DNA of 64,000 bases from Octopus sinensis (taxonomy: Eukaryota). The stretch is taken from positions 72,106,001-72,170,000 of the forward strand of contig NC_042997.1 in the NCBI RefSeq assembly GCF_006345805.1. The letters run 5' to 3'. Both the position numbers and the translations under genes were made by a program. Position 1 is the stretch's first letter, and every line of letters starts with the position of its first letter. Under the pieces are notes generated by a model. That model ran no database searches. It was not told where the DNA came from and saw only the letters and a program-made list of their open reading frames with translations. Shown one piece after another: positions 37,684 through 52,138 of this stretch.

Positions 37684-39329
37684 TTGGCAATTGATAATGG
37701 AACTAACATAAAGGAAGCTAGATGCATCTCTGGAATAACGAAAAGAATGAAACTAGTTCATTTTCGGGATGTCATTGTTATGCTAATAATATTGCATGTA
37801 TTTTGCGCACTTCTACGTGAATAGATCTATTGAAGGTAACTACTAGTTTGACATAATAACTTGGTTAGTAAATTCAATAAAATTTCTGAATTTAAAGGAC
37901 TGCATTCGACCATGGCTGTATTTAGATAAACACAATACGACATGATACTAATTTTTTCTGTCTTTCTTCGCTTAAAATGCTTTCTAAACCTTACTAAGAC
38001 TTTCAGGATTCGTCTTAGAAAAAAATTTTATAGTACTAAGCAGGTTACATTAAATTTCTATCTCTACCGCCCAAAGCAGGCTACATTTTCAGATAATCTA
38101 GCATCCACGATAGCTCGTAAATAAACATGAACAGAATTCTAAAGTATTGCATAAAACTTATAACGGAATGCTTGCAGTGGATTTGAAATCAAAATCTATG
38201 AGTTGATAGTCTACTATTATATCCGCTTATTTATTTTGCTTATAGCTCTCATATTTAGTGAAGAATAACGACCATTTTTTAATAAAAGAAAAGAAAATTC
38301 AAAATAAAAACATTTCCTTCTAATTAGCATTTCACGTGTACAATTACAGACATTTACAAATTCTTTGAAGATGGGCGTTTCCAGCTTGAAAGAATTTTGT
38401 AAACTGGTGAGAAATAAGATTATTTTTGACGAGGATTTTCGAAGCAATGGATAAATGTCTACCCTTCCAGAGTGTGTGATGCTTGGGAAGACTGCGCCAA
38501 TCTTCCTAAACATGACCGTTTCTTGTCTTACAAAGGAGTCTTTACTTGCGCTCCGTCTTATGGATTACAACTCGTAATTCATAAAATTGAATTCCTATGA
38601 TTTTGATTTTTCCAGTTTCAGCTCATGAGCTGTGGCCATGCTGGGGCACCGCCATTTATACGTATTTTATTACACATTATTATTGATCTAGAAAGCGAGG
38701 GCAGGGGATCTTTTGTCTACTTATTCCGTCGATATTTTACTTTGCTAGCTAAAATTCAATACAACATGTTGGCCAGATACTCCCTCTCAATGAACAAGAT
38801 ATTTGCGCACAAAAATTGAGAAATACAAACATAAAAGAATTGTCTGGTGTTTCTGACACAAACCAAAAGTTTGACTCATATAACAATAGCAAAAACAATA
38901 ACAACAGCAACAATAACATCATACAGCTTTTCACAATAAGTTCCATAACGTTACATCAAACAGAGTTGGCAAAGTTTTTGTTGGAAACTCAAGTTAGGCG
39001 AATGTTTATGGAAAACGTTATCACCTTGGCCATTGAATTTTGCCAAAAGCGGTTATGGAAAACGTTGTACGTATGCCGTACAAAAACAGGTGGGGCCCTT
39101 TTGAAACCTCCTAAAAGTGAATTGAAATAGGATCTAGCAGATATATTGGACAGTATTTTACTTATTGAACGAGGTAAAACAATTGGTTTTGTCTGCTTAC
39201 TTTTCGTAACTAACTCCAAAGCCAAGAGACAGGCTAACATGTTAAGATCCATATCTAGCAGTAAACTTGTAGCACAGTATAAATTTCAATGTAATACAAG
39301 TGTGAAAGTCAGGAGATTTATTCATTCTT

Positions 39330-40645
39330 TGGCTATAAGTACTTGGGGATTTCAGAAATGGATAAATTGATGGAGAAAGAAATGACAGAAAAATTTAAGG
39401 TGGAATACTTGCGCAGACTGAGACTGATTCTTAAGTCGAAATTAAACGGACGGAATAAGATCGAAGCTAACAACACCTGGACGGTTTCACTCCTTAGATA
39501 TGGAGCAAGGGTAGTCGCATGGACAGTAGACGAACTAAACAGCTTAGACAGAAAGACAAGGAAGTTACTGACTAGAGATGGGTCACTCCACCCAAAAAGT
39601 GACACGGACAGACTGAATGTACCAAGAAAAAGAGGGGGAAGAGGACTTATTGGATGCGAACACAACATTAGAGCAGAAGAAAACAACATAGCGTGGTATG
39701 TAAAAAATGCAACAGAACCGCTATTATTAGAAGTAAGGTCAGGCTTGTGTAGGATGAAAGATTGCAAAGATAAAGAAATTGAAAACTAATGAAACTGAAA
39801 ATAGGTGGGTAAAGAAAAAATGCATGGTCAATTTTATAGGGATGTTGAAGATAAGACAGACTGAGAAAAAATGGCTGTGGATGGCTAAAAGTGATTTAAA
39901 ACCGGAAACGAAGGCTCTACACTGTGTTGCCCAAGAGCGAGCACTAAGAACAAACTACGTAAAATGCAGAATAGACAACACAGCAGAAAGTGATAAGTGC
40001 AGAATCTGTGGACAAAACGGTGAAACCGTATGCCATATTACCAGCCAATGTGCGCCACTAGCCCAGAAGGAATACAAGAGACGCCACGACAATATAGCCA
40101 AGCTTGTCCATTGGACACTTTGCAACAAGTATGGACTTGACAGAGCAAAAAATTGAAAACATCGTCGAAAATAGAAATGCAAAGATCCTATGGGATTTTA
40201 TGATTCAGTGCAACCATGAGATAGAGAATGGGAAGCCGGACATAGTCTTAATTGATAAAAAAATAATCTTAATTGATAAAAAAAGACTATGCTGTATCAT
40301 AGACATTGCATGCCCAGCTGACAACAAGGTATGGGATAAGGAAGAAAGAAAAGTCGAGAGATATGACAGGTTAGCTTGGGAAGTTAAGCAGTTGTGGTCG
40401 ATGAAAAAGGTAGCAGTAATACCAATAATCGTCATAGCCATAGGAACAGTGAGCAAAAGTCTCGAGAATTAAGCAGAACAAATAGGGGCTGTAATAAGGG
40501 TGGCGCACTTGCAGAAAACAACACTGCTTGGAACCATTCGAATACTCCGGAAGGTGCTGGAAAAATAAGAGGTGTTACCTTAGTTTACTGGTAGTGAACA
40601 GCTGACACTGTAGTACATCTCCAGCGTTAGAAGCTGTGCGAAGGC
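39330..40645 (+). mobile_element. R4/Dong-type RLE retrotransposon, 5'-truncated
   Basis: YKYLGI; LHPKSDTDRLNVPRKRGGRGL; CRICGQNGETVCHITSQC..YKRRHD; KPDIVLID..IIDIACP; followed by (TAA)n. Confidence 0.9.
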
Positions 40646-40660
40646 AATAATAATAATAAT

Positions 40661-41056
40661 CCTTTCTACTATAATCACAAGGCCTGAAATTTTGGGGAGG
40701 AGGCCAGTCGATTTGATCGATCCCTGTACACAACTGGTACTTAATTTATCGACCTCAAAAGGATGAAATGCAAAGTCGACCTCGGCGGAATTTGTACTCA
40801 GAACGTAGCGACGAGCGAAATACCTATTTCTTTACTACCCACAAGGGGCTAAACACAGAGAGGTCAAACAAGGATAGTCAAAGGGATTAAGTCGATTATA
40901 TCAACCCCAGTGCGTAACTGGTACTTAATTTATCGACCCCGAAAGGATGGAAGGCAAAGTCGACCTCGGCGGAATTTGAACTCAGAACTTAATGGCAGAC
41001 GAAATACGGCTACGCATTTCGCCCGGCGTGCTAGGTTTCTGCAGCTCGCCGCCTTA
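40661..41056 (-). mobile_element. family A SINE with two tandem body units
   Basis: head at ~41000-41056, body repeated twice, canonical 3' tail. Confidence 0.88.
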
Positions 41057-41088
41057 ATGATGATAATAATAATAATATAATAATAATA

Positions 41089-41160
<72 letters not shown>

Positions 41161-41161
<1 letters not shown>

Positions 41162-41300
41162 ATTTCGACACAAGGCCAGCAATTTCAGGGTAGGAGATAA
41201 GTCAATTACATCGACCCCAATGTTCAATTGGTACTCATTTTATCGACCACGAAAGGATAAAACGTCGGTGGAATTTGAGCTTGTAACTTAAGCACGGATG
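41161..41300 (-). mobile_element. family A SINE fragment
   Basis: gacacaaggccagcaatttc..aagtcaattacatcgacccc..ggtactcattttatcgacc. Confidence 0.75.
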
Positions 41301-41324
41301 AAATGCCACTATGAAGAAGATGAA

Positions 41325-41863
41325 ATGCAGAATTGTTAGCATACCGAGCGATATGCTTAGCAACATTTCGTTAGTTCCATTATCAATTGCCAAATTTCAA
41401 TCTTTATCTTGGAGTGTTATTCAAAGTTAATTCTTTGTTTTGTTCACTATCAATATTTGCGTGTCCATTTATTTAATCTGCATGACCAAATATGACTTGT
41501 TCACTCTTAAGGTTCATAGCTATTATGGTTCATCATTTCTGGTGTATCGATATATAATTTGTGCTGCAGTTTCATAGGACAATGTTATTAATGATCATAT
41601 TTTCCCTTCAAAGTAGATAAACTAAGAAGGGATTGTCCAATATCTCAAAAGCAACCATCCATTATTTAAACCTTTATGCTTACAATTCTCGGTATTAAAA
41701 GAGGATCTAGTGATATACCCCACTCTGACTTCAAATTCCGCCGATGTTGGCTTTGCCTTTCATCTATCGGAGTCGATAAAATAAGTACCAGTTGAGTACT
41801 AGGGTCGATGTAATCGACTTATACCCTCCTCGAAATTGCTGGTCTTGTGCCAAAATTTGAAAT

Positions 41864-41870
<7 letters not shown>
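41325..41870 (+). mobile_element. family A SINE interrupted by a 339-bp insertion (41370-41708)
   Basis: cagaattgttagc..gcttagcaacatttcgt resumes as ct..tctgacttcaaattccgccg..aagtaccagttg..(AAG)n after the insert. Confidence 0.85.
41370..41708 (-). repeat. inverted copy of 37063-37707 containing one rather than three 153-bp units
   Basis: 645 - 2x153 = 339 bp; near-identical by eye (a few substitutions). Confidence 0.95.
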
Positions 41871-41894
<24 letters not shown>

Positions 41895-42892
41895 AAGGAG
41901 GTGGATTGGAGAAAGAATGATGGAGGAATAGGAAATAAATAAATAAATAATGACAATAAAGAATTATGATAAAAAAAAAACTGAAACGCAAGTTTAAAAA
42001 CTAGGGTTATTTGAGCTGGAGATGTCCATTTCCTTTAGGCGTTGTCTTACCGAGCACAATAGATCCCACTTTCTTAAAGGATTGAGACATTTCCATGCAT
42101 AAAATCTAAACAAATCTTTGTACTCGTGATATTTGCATTCAAAGCTTTTTCAAATGGGTGGGACGACATTTGCACCACAACATTTCCCCAAACAAAACCT
42201 TTTACTTATACGGAGTATTCAAAATTGGAATAGAAGTTCCTGGGAGATAAAATAGAATATAGCAATAAAAAAATAATAACTTATATATAACAATTATGTG
42301 AATATATGTCTGAAGGAAAAGCTCTTGAATTAAAGAACAACGGGACCAAAATCCAAAGACTTACCTAAACATTAATTTATACATAAAATATTAATTTATA
42401 CATAAAATATTTCAGATTTGATTGATTTAAATAATTCTTCGGAAACTAAAATATTGTAAATCTATAAAATTAATTCAGAATGATTGTTTTGTTATTTAAA
42501 CATTCAAGACAAATTTGATTAATAATAATTAAAATTAATTTTTCACGAAATATGATGTGAAACAATTAGCGATTGAAAGAAATAATGAATGTCCGTATGC
42601 ATTAGATTAACTCACATACACACACATTCACGCACATTAATATGCGAAATACTAATTTGTGCATTTATAAAGTGCATATATGTGCATATACGTATGTGTG
42701 CACGTGTGTGCGCGTGTGTACAGAAAGAGAGGGAGAGAAGTAGATTGATATGCTTGTTGACGAATAGATAGAGAAATGGCGATATATACTATATAAAATA
42801 CGTATGTCTTCGTGTATCAAAAACTGAATATTTGGTCTGTATGGATGTTCTAGATTTTCTCGTAGCATTGATGTATTATTTAAAATGTTTAA

Positions 42893-42937
<45 letters not shown>

Positions 42938-42941
<4 letters not shown>

Positions 42942-43366
42942 CTTTCCATTTTACCAATGTGCTATCGGATCATCAACACAAATTAGACTAAAGAAGGAAA
43001 CATTCTTCATTGAAAAGTACAAGCCCAGACTTAACCATCACAACATACTGATACAGAGAAATTCACACCAAGGGAAAGGAAAAAATTTTTAAGCGATTAT
43101 CTCCCTTACACCGGAAGAAATCACTCATTACCTCCCCTTATTTAGAACTCTTTTGAACATAAACATAACGATAACCCTGTTCAACATAAACATAACGCCG
43201 CAAGAAATTTGAAAAGCTAAACGCGAAACCGGTCTTTCTTCTAAATTATGTCATTACAAGAGAAAAATATTCTTCAAAAATTTTTTTAATATTCTTCAGA
43301 CATATTGACGCAAATATATATTTTGTAACATCTAAGCCTTCTGTAGTTTTTTCACTTTTTACTATT

Positions 43367-43370
<4 letters not shown>
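42938..43370 (+). mobile_element. Neptune-type PLE 3' fragment
   Basis: FPFYQCAIGSSTQIRLKKETFFIEKYKPRLN matches the C-terminus of the 3750-4532 ORF; between (TA)n tracts. Confidence 0.85.
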
Positions 43371-43412
<42 letters not shown>

Positions 43413-44579
43413 TCATATTCTATTGCTTATGATTTTATCTTTCACTTGCTTCAGTCATTGGACCGCAGTCATGCTGTGGCACCACTTTGGAGGGTTTTAG
43501 TCGAATGAACCAACTCAAGTACTAACCTTTTTAAAGTTCGGTAAACAAAATGACACCGGATTTTCTTAAATAATGTAACTACCAATCTTGTAATAGCTAT
43601 CTTTCTAGATATTATCTTAACTTTTAAGAGATGTAAGTGTTATCATATTCCAATAGAAAACCAAATAACAGCTTATAATCTATACGAACTGCAATCTGCG
43701 CTTTAAATATAATACTGGTCTCTGATACAAACATTTGGATCTCCATAATATCATACGATAGGTAAGGTTTTGAGAAGTACCTCTCCATTATAACAAGAAG
43801 TAGCTTTATTAGGAAATAAATAGAGAACTACCCACACATTTCACATTTGAGGGAATTCAGGAAGCAGAAATTAATCCGGTTCACTACTCCCTAACTTTGC
43901 CGTCACGACAATTACTGCCGGAGGTTTACTAATTGGCTTAGGGTACCACTTTCCGACTTCACATAAATATCATAATCCTTTTTACACGAATAAAGTTAAG
44001 GATAATAATTGCTGCTACAGTATTACCGCTTTTTGTATGACATAAATGAAACCACACATACATACAGACCTCAAGAAGCCCCTGTAAATTCTTAAATCAA
44101 GTCACTGAGTAAATAGTTTATCTTCAAAGCAATGTTATAGAAATCGACACTCGTATCGCTGGATGGTACAAAAAAAAATATACTGTTAATGGCTTCAAAT
44201 AACGATATAATTAACATCTCTTTAGACCTATGGGCAGGGAAAACGAAACTTCCTTGTCTCGATTTATCTGGACGTTTAGAGACTAAGGGCATGACTTCCC
44301 CAACTTTGTTACTGATAGAACTCCTATTTTAGGCTTTTTATAACTTCAGGCTTTACCTATCTGAGAATCTCCATAAATGGAAACAAGCCGAGGAATCCTT
44401 CAACAGAAAATTTTAATTAACATCACAGATGAATATTTCACTTGGTTCTTTTCTAATCAACTAACCAGGAATATAAAGCAAAACTAATATAATTACATTC
44501 TAGTGGCATTCTAGTGGCATTTTTACATTGTGGGAGCGTATTATAGTATATCATACAAGAAGTCTGCAGCAGATTTTGC

Positions 44580-44965
44580 TTTTATTCTTTTATTCGTTTC
44601 AGTCACTTGACTGCAATCATGATGGAGCACCGCCTTTAGTCGAACACATCGACCCCGGGACTTATTCTTTGTAAGCCTAGTTCTTATCCTATCAGTCCCT
44701 TTTGCCGAACACCAACATCGGTTGGCAAGCGACGAGGGGGGGAAAACACAGACACACAAACATACACACACACACACACACGCACACACACACACATACA
44801 TATATATAATATATATACGACGGACTTCTTTCTGTTTCCGTCTACCAAATCCACTGACAAGGCTTTGGTCGGCCCGAGGCTATAGTAGAAGACTCTTGCC
44901 CAAGGTGCTACGCAGTGGGCCTGAACCTGGAACTATGTGGTTGGTAAACAAGCTACATACCACAT
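44580..44965 (-). mobile_element. family B SINE (head duplicated at 45281-45431)
   Basis: gtttcagtcacttgactgc..ggagcaccgcctttagtcg..ccgtctaccaaatccact..gcccaaggtgctacgcagtggg. Confidence 0.88.
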
Positions 44966-45710
44966 TCCGCAATGGAAGACAACCAAGTTAAGAAGATACC
45001 AATATCAACCTATTTTCTAAGATGTGCACAGCAAAATTTCACCCAAAACAAATATCTGATCAATAAGACACGTGCAAGTCGTGCTAAAAATTTTTATGCT
45101 AATGAAAGCTTGAAACTACGATTATTCATGTATACACACAAACATACACGCACATATGCACATATTCACACACAAACACAAAGACACATAGACACACTAA
45201 CACAAATACACACACACACACACGTACACACACACACACACACACACGCACACACACACACATACATATATATAATATATATACGACGGACTTCTTTCTG
45301 TTTCCGTCTACCAAATCCACTGACAAGGCTTTGGTCGGCCCGAGGCTATAGTAGAAGACTCTTGCCCAAGGTGCTACGCAGTGGGCCTGAACCTGGAACT
45401 ATGTGGTTGGTAAACAAGCTACATACCACATTCCGCAATGGAAGACAACCAAGTTAAGAAGATACCAATATCAACCTATTTTCTAAGATGTGCACAGCAA
45501 AATTTCACCCAAAACAAATATCTGATCAATAAGACACGTGCAAGTCGTGCTAAAAATTTTTATGCTAATGAAAGCTTGAAACTACGATTATTCATGTATA
45601 CACACAAACATACACGCACATATGCACATATTCACACACAAACACAAAGACACATAGACACACTAACACAAATACACACACACACACGTACACACACACA
45701 CACACACACA
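44765..45710. repeat. 466-bp tandem duplication bounded by (CA)n tracts
   Basis: ORFs 44972 and 45438 begin identically, offset 466; unique parts appear identical. Confidence 0.95.
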
Positions 45711-46037
45711 CGTACAGTACACACACGACACCCACACACACATGCGCGCGCACGTACACATATTCTCCGACGCTATACACAAACAAGATGTATTTGTGTG
45801 TGCGTGAATGTTAATATATATGCATACATACGCATACAAATGAACATATATTCATAAACACAAATACACACACACATATATACAGGGCGAGGTGAGGAGA
45901 ACAAACAGATTGGCTTACAGACAGAAGTATCTCTCAGTCACTTCAACGCAACCAGACAGTAATATTAATCTCTCTCTCTCTCTCTCATTCATTCACTCAC
46001 TCTTTCTGTCACTCTCTCTCTCTCTCACTCTCCCATA

Positions 46038-46089
<52 letters not shown>

Positions 46090-46373
46090 TATATATATAT
46101 ATATATATATATGAAGGAGAAGTGAAAGAGCAGAGTAGATAGACTGACACCCAGACAGAGGTGTTTTACAGTCACTTAAACGCAAACAGACAGTAACATT
46201 AACAGGTCTGACACGCTGAACGATTTCGCTTTGAAATAATTTTTTTTTTAACAAGGGTTTGTTCATTATAGAAACGAAGGAAGAATACCAAGCTTTTGAA
46301 ATTATTAGCAAGAGGAAATAGTGATAACAACAACAACAACAGCAACAACAACAGCAACAACAACAACAATAAC

Positions 46374-46427
<54 letters not shown>

Positions 46428-46658
46428 GTCATAATCAGGTGATTGCGTTTCACATAATAACCGGCAATCCAGGTGCTCTATTATATAATTTCTAAAAATC
46501 ATAAAGAATGAAAGCTTTGTAGCTAGAAAATGCTCACGCCCCTCACCTGTTTTTTTTTCTTCTCTGTATGGATGTATACGTAGAAGCGCATACAGACATA
46601 CACATATATGTATACATATATATATGTATACATATATATATATGTACATACAAACATA

Positions 46659-46692
<34 letters not shown>

Positions 46693-46859
46693 TGTGTGTG
46701 TGTGTGCATATGTGTGTGTAAATACATACCTGGATATATACATATACATACATATATGTACATACACACACATAATCATAGTTACACATAATCATAGTTA
46801 CACATTTACGTATATACATATATGTATATACGCATATTTATGCATATATTCAGCATCAG

Positions 46860-47290
46860 TCAGGTACCTAGGCCTTGCACACAAGAGTCGACTTTTCTAG
46901 GAATTTCCTGTGATGTTCTGCACGCTTACGATCACCCAAGCTTCAATTTCAGGTCCATTTTATAGCGCCATCATTCCACAAACGGCTTCAATGGCCCTTC
47001 AGCACTTCTTGTCAGGATGGTCTTCGCCAATGACTCGTAGTGCATTGTATGTTCAAAATATGATAGCTTTGTGGGCTTCATTCTTGACAATTGGTATCTT
47101 TGAACTTTCAGAATTTCTAGTACTGCAAAATTTTTATACCTGCCTTTCTAGCTTACACTCCACCCAATTTGCGAAAGAACCGCATCTCAAATGCTTGTAT
47201 CATTTTCTCCATGACTGGGTACGTTGTCAGCGTTTCTGTCTCCGAGAGGACAATTAGCCTCAACTCAAAGATGGTGTAACCATATATAGT
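46860..47290 (-). mobile_element. RTE LINE C-terminal fragment
   Basis: LSETETLTT..MEKMIQAFEMRFFRKLGGV. Confidence 0.7.
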
Positions 47291-47384
47291 GACAATTATG
47301 GTTTTCCTTTTTGGTAAACATTGCATACCGCTGTCTAAATTTATGTGTGTGTGTGTGTCTGTCTGTGTGTGTGTGTGTGTCTGT

Positions 47385-47436
<52 letters not shown>

Positions 47437-47593
47437 GTCGCAACCCGTTTTTCAGTTAAAATCAAGTATAAAGTAGTAAATACCATGTGTGTATGAATGT
47501 ATGTATATATTTATATGTATGTACATAATTTACATATATACGCACACACACATATATATTTAAGTATATGTATGTGTGTGTGGGCGTATGTAT

Positions 47594-48237
<644 letters not shown>

Positions 48238-48589
48238 GATGCAATACACATGCTTTTACCGACAACGGCAATGATGTAATTAAGCATATATCTATAAGAT
48301 CTTAAATGTGTTTCAAGTCTCATTACCTTTCTCTACATATCTAATGAGATTACCTCGGCCAGTAAGCTCAAGAATCTTTAAGTTATAGTTAGCTGAGTCA
48401 CACTGTTATTAAATAATAACCTAGCCGTGGCTAGGATGTGTCGCCCTGCGTCCCTCCTGGCTAGATCGGCTAGACCGAGAGGGGGGTTCTGGGCTTGGGC
48501 AACCCAAGGCCTCCACAGTTCTCTTGCCCAGGATTCAGTGACTCCACCCACCTCTACTTCTTCTTCTTCTTCTTCCAAGTCCTGAGGCG

Positions 48590-51500
48590 ATGGGCGAGTG
48601 GTAACGGTGGCAGGTGCAGGATGGCGCCAGGAGCTGCTAGCCATGGACCTGCACTCGGACGGTCTGGGCGGGACGGTCGTCCTGCAGCCTACCGGGGCAA
48701 GGGCATATTTCGGCAGCCACTCTGACGACGGACCAGCCCTCTTCAGGGATAGCACGGCTCCCCCACTTAGGGGGAAGGGTCTAGAAAAGGTGTCCTAAAG
48801 AAAGTTTGCCTCATCTCATCCTGTCATCATACCGCAGCTGACTAGTCATCTACAACGCGGTCGAAACATGAAAGAAATACGAAAGAAGAACCCAAAATCC
48901 TCCCGCTGGGAAGCACTTTATATGTTGGATCCTGGAACATCAGGACACTCATGGACAACCAAAACTGTGACAGACCAGAACGTCTCACAGCACTTGTGGG
49001 TCGTGAACTGCAGAGATACAGCATTGATATTGCTGCCCTCAGCGAGACACGCCTTGCCGACACGAGGGAAATCACCGAGGCTGGAGCTGGATACACTTTC
49101 TTTTGGTCAGGGAAGGCACCGGATGAACGCAGGGAAGCAGGAGTTGGCTTTGACATTCGCACCGCCCTCGTCAAGAACCTGGAGTCCCTCCGAAGAGGAA
49201 TCAGGGACCGCCTGATGGTGATGAGAATTCCTTTCCAAGGCAAGATGCACCTGACACTCATTAGTGCTTACGCCCCCACCGCAACCTAAACTATGGAGCA
49301 GAGAGAGCTGTTCTACCAGAACCTCACCAAAGTGCTGCGGTCAGTTCCTAAAGACAACAAGCTGCTGATACTCGGGGACTTCAATGCCCATGTAGGAAGA
49401 GATGCCCAGTCTTGGCCAGATGTGATTGGGCCACATGGCATCAGACATTAGAACACTAACGGTCAACTGCTACTCACCTTCTATGCTGAACAGAGACTCA
49501 CCATCACCGATACCCTGTACCAACTGCCTAACATCCACCAAAGGTCCAAGCATTGGCACCTGATTGACTACGTGATCACCAGGTACCGTGACATCCAGGA
49601 TGTTCACATCACGTGGGAGCTGACTGATAGACATATCACCTGCAGTTGAGGTGCAGACTGTCCTTTTCCATCGTCATCAGGCACAGACGCCAAAAAGCTG
49701 ATGTTAAAAAGAAACTGGATGTCCAGAAACTCAATGAACCAAAAACAAAAGAGACCTTCATTGCCAAACTTGCGAACCAGCTTGAACATCTACCAGCAAA
49801 GGGAAACCTTGAGAAGGCCTGAGCCAACTTCCGGGATGCAGTGTATGACTCTACCAGCTTTACCCTTGACCACACAAAGCGGAAACACCAAGACTGGTTT
49901 GACAACAAGAAGGAGATCACCACCCTCCTCCAGGAGAAGAAAGAAGCCTTCACAGCCTGGCTCAATGACAAAGACTCACAAGCAAAGCACGACCGCCTCA
50001 AGAACATCAAAGGAAAGGTGCAGACTGAGCTGCGACAGATGAAAGACAAGTGGTGGGCAAACAATGCTGCAGAACTACAGCAGTATGCAGACGAGCACAA
50101 CTCCAAGAAGTTCTTTGCCGGCCTTAAAGACGTGTATGGCCCCCACGCTAATAGCAATGGCACCTGTGCGCTCTGCCCATGGAAGCATGCTTACTGAGAA
50201 GAGCGACATCATACAGCACTGGAGTGAACACTTCAGTCAGCTGCTAAATAGACCTTCCTAAGTCATGCCACAGCGCCCAGTCCTGGTGTCGCTTGATGAC
50301 CTCCCCCCAACACAGGCAGAAATCCAGAAGGCCATCAAGCAACTACATGTGGGGAAAGCACCTGGTCCTGACTATATACCCCCAGAGACCGTCAAAGAGG
50401 GAGGTGAAGCTGTTGTCGTCAAGTTGCCTGAGCTGATACAGCAGTTCTGGGACGAAGAGTCAGTGCCACAGGACTTCAAGGCTGCCAACATTGTGCATTT
50501 GTACAAGAACAAGGGGGACAGAGCTTCATGTGACAACCAGAGGCATCTCATTGCTGAGCATAGCAGGAAAGATCATGGCCCGTGTTTTTCTGAACCGCAT
50601 CACACACCACCTGCTAGACGACGTGGTCTCAGAGAACCAGTGTGGATTTAGGAACAGGGGGACAATAAACATGGTCTTTGCAGTACGGCAGATACAAGAA
50701 AAGTGCCAAGAACAAAACCAGAAACTCTACATTCTCTTCGTAGATCTAACGAAAGCTTTTGATACTGTCAGCCGAGAGGGCCTGTGGGATATCTTGTCCA
50801 AGCTAGGCTGCCCACCAAAGCTCGTCAGGATCATCCAGTCATTTCATGATGGCATGACGGCTCGCATCGTGGAAAACGGAGTTGTCTCTGATCCATTTCC
50901 GGTCTCCAATAGCGTGAAGCAAGGCTGCGTGATAGCTCTCACACTCTTCAGCCTCATGTTTGCCACCATGCTCTTCTGTGCCTTGTCAAAGTCTGATGCT
51001 GGTATCACTATTCGCTATAGGTGTGACGGCCGATTCTTTGACCTCAGACGTCTGAAAGCAAACACCAAAGTCCTGGACGCCCTAGTGAGAGACTTTCTGT
51101 TTGCAGACAATTGTGCACTTGCAGCATTATATAGACCAGACTTGCAAGAACTTTCCACTTATCTCGCATAAGCTGCAAAAGCCTTCGGACTGACCATTAG
51201 CCTGCGAAAAACTGAAGTGATGCTTCAGCCTGCACTTGGCCTGACACCTCCCGAGCCTCAGATTGAGATTGAGAGCACAACTCTGAACAACGTGGAGAGC
51301 TTTACATACCTGGTAAGCTGCATGTCCTCAAACTGTAGCATGGACAAAGATGTCTCCATGTGGCTTGCAAAAGCAGGAGCTTCGTTTGGCAGACTTTGTA
51401 CACGTGTGGGGGCCGAACGAGGCATCAGACTTTCCACCAAGCTGGCAGTCTATAGGGCAATCAATAGGCACCTCTCTGCTCTACGGCTGTGGGATGTGGA

Positions 51501-52045
51501 CGCTGTATAGGAGGCAAATGCGAGTACTTGACCAGTTCCAGCTCCACTGCTTGCGACGAATCATGGGCATTTCTTGGGATGACACTGAGGTGCTTCGCAG
51601 AGTTGAAATGCCCGGAATCTAAGCCCTCATCATGAAGGCCCCAGCTCCGATGGGACGGACATGTAGTCCGAATGGACCACGCGCGTCTAGCAAAGATGAT
51701 CTTCACTGAGCTGGCTTCTGGAGTAAGAAACCCTGGAAGGCCACTGAGGCGATACAAGATCAGCCTGAAAACTTCTCTTGAGGCCTGCGGCCTTTCAGCC
51801 CGTGGCTGGGAATCGCATGCGCCTGGCGTCCAGCTGTCCAAAACGGTGTTAGGCAGTTCGAGGAAAAGCACCTCAAGAGCCTGGACCAGAAGCGACAAGC
51901 CCGAAAAGAGAGGATCCCCAACCGTACTTCTGCTATTACGTGTCCAACATGTGACCGCTTTTGCGCATCCGCCTTTGGGCTTCGCTCCCACCTCCGGCGT
52001 CACTGACGTCATTGTCGAACCTCGATAGACTTCCATTATGTATGT
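48590..52045 (+). mobile_element. near full-length RTE (BovB-like) LINE, frameshifted
   Basis: GC-rich 5' UTR; APE (ALVGRELQRYSIDIAALSETR..YTFFWSG..LISAYAPT, LGDFNA); RT (GKAPGPD, FVDLTKAFDTVSR, VKQGCV, FLFADNCAL); CPTCDRFC..LRSHLRRH; (TATG)n tail. Confidence 0.95.
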
Positions 52046-52138
52046 ATGTATGTATATTCTCTTCTGTTTTTAATTATTCGAATTCCTCCTCTATGTCGTC
52101 ATTTCATTAATATATAACCCTTCTCATTTTCCCTATTT

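Noticed and set aside
48421-48520. HDV-like ribozyme upstream of the RTE
   Set aside because: Hairpins are present (CTAGCCG/CGGCTAG, TTGGG/CCCAA) but P1/P1.1/P3/J4-2 could not be assigned
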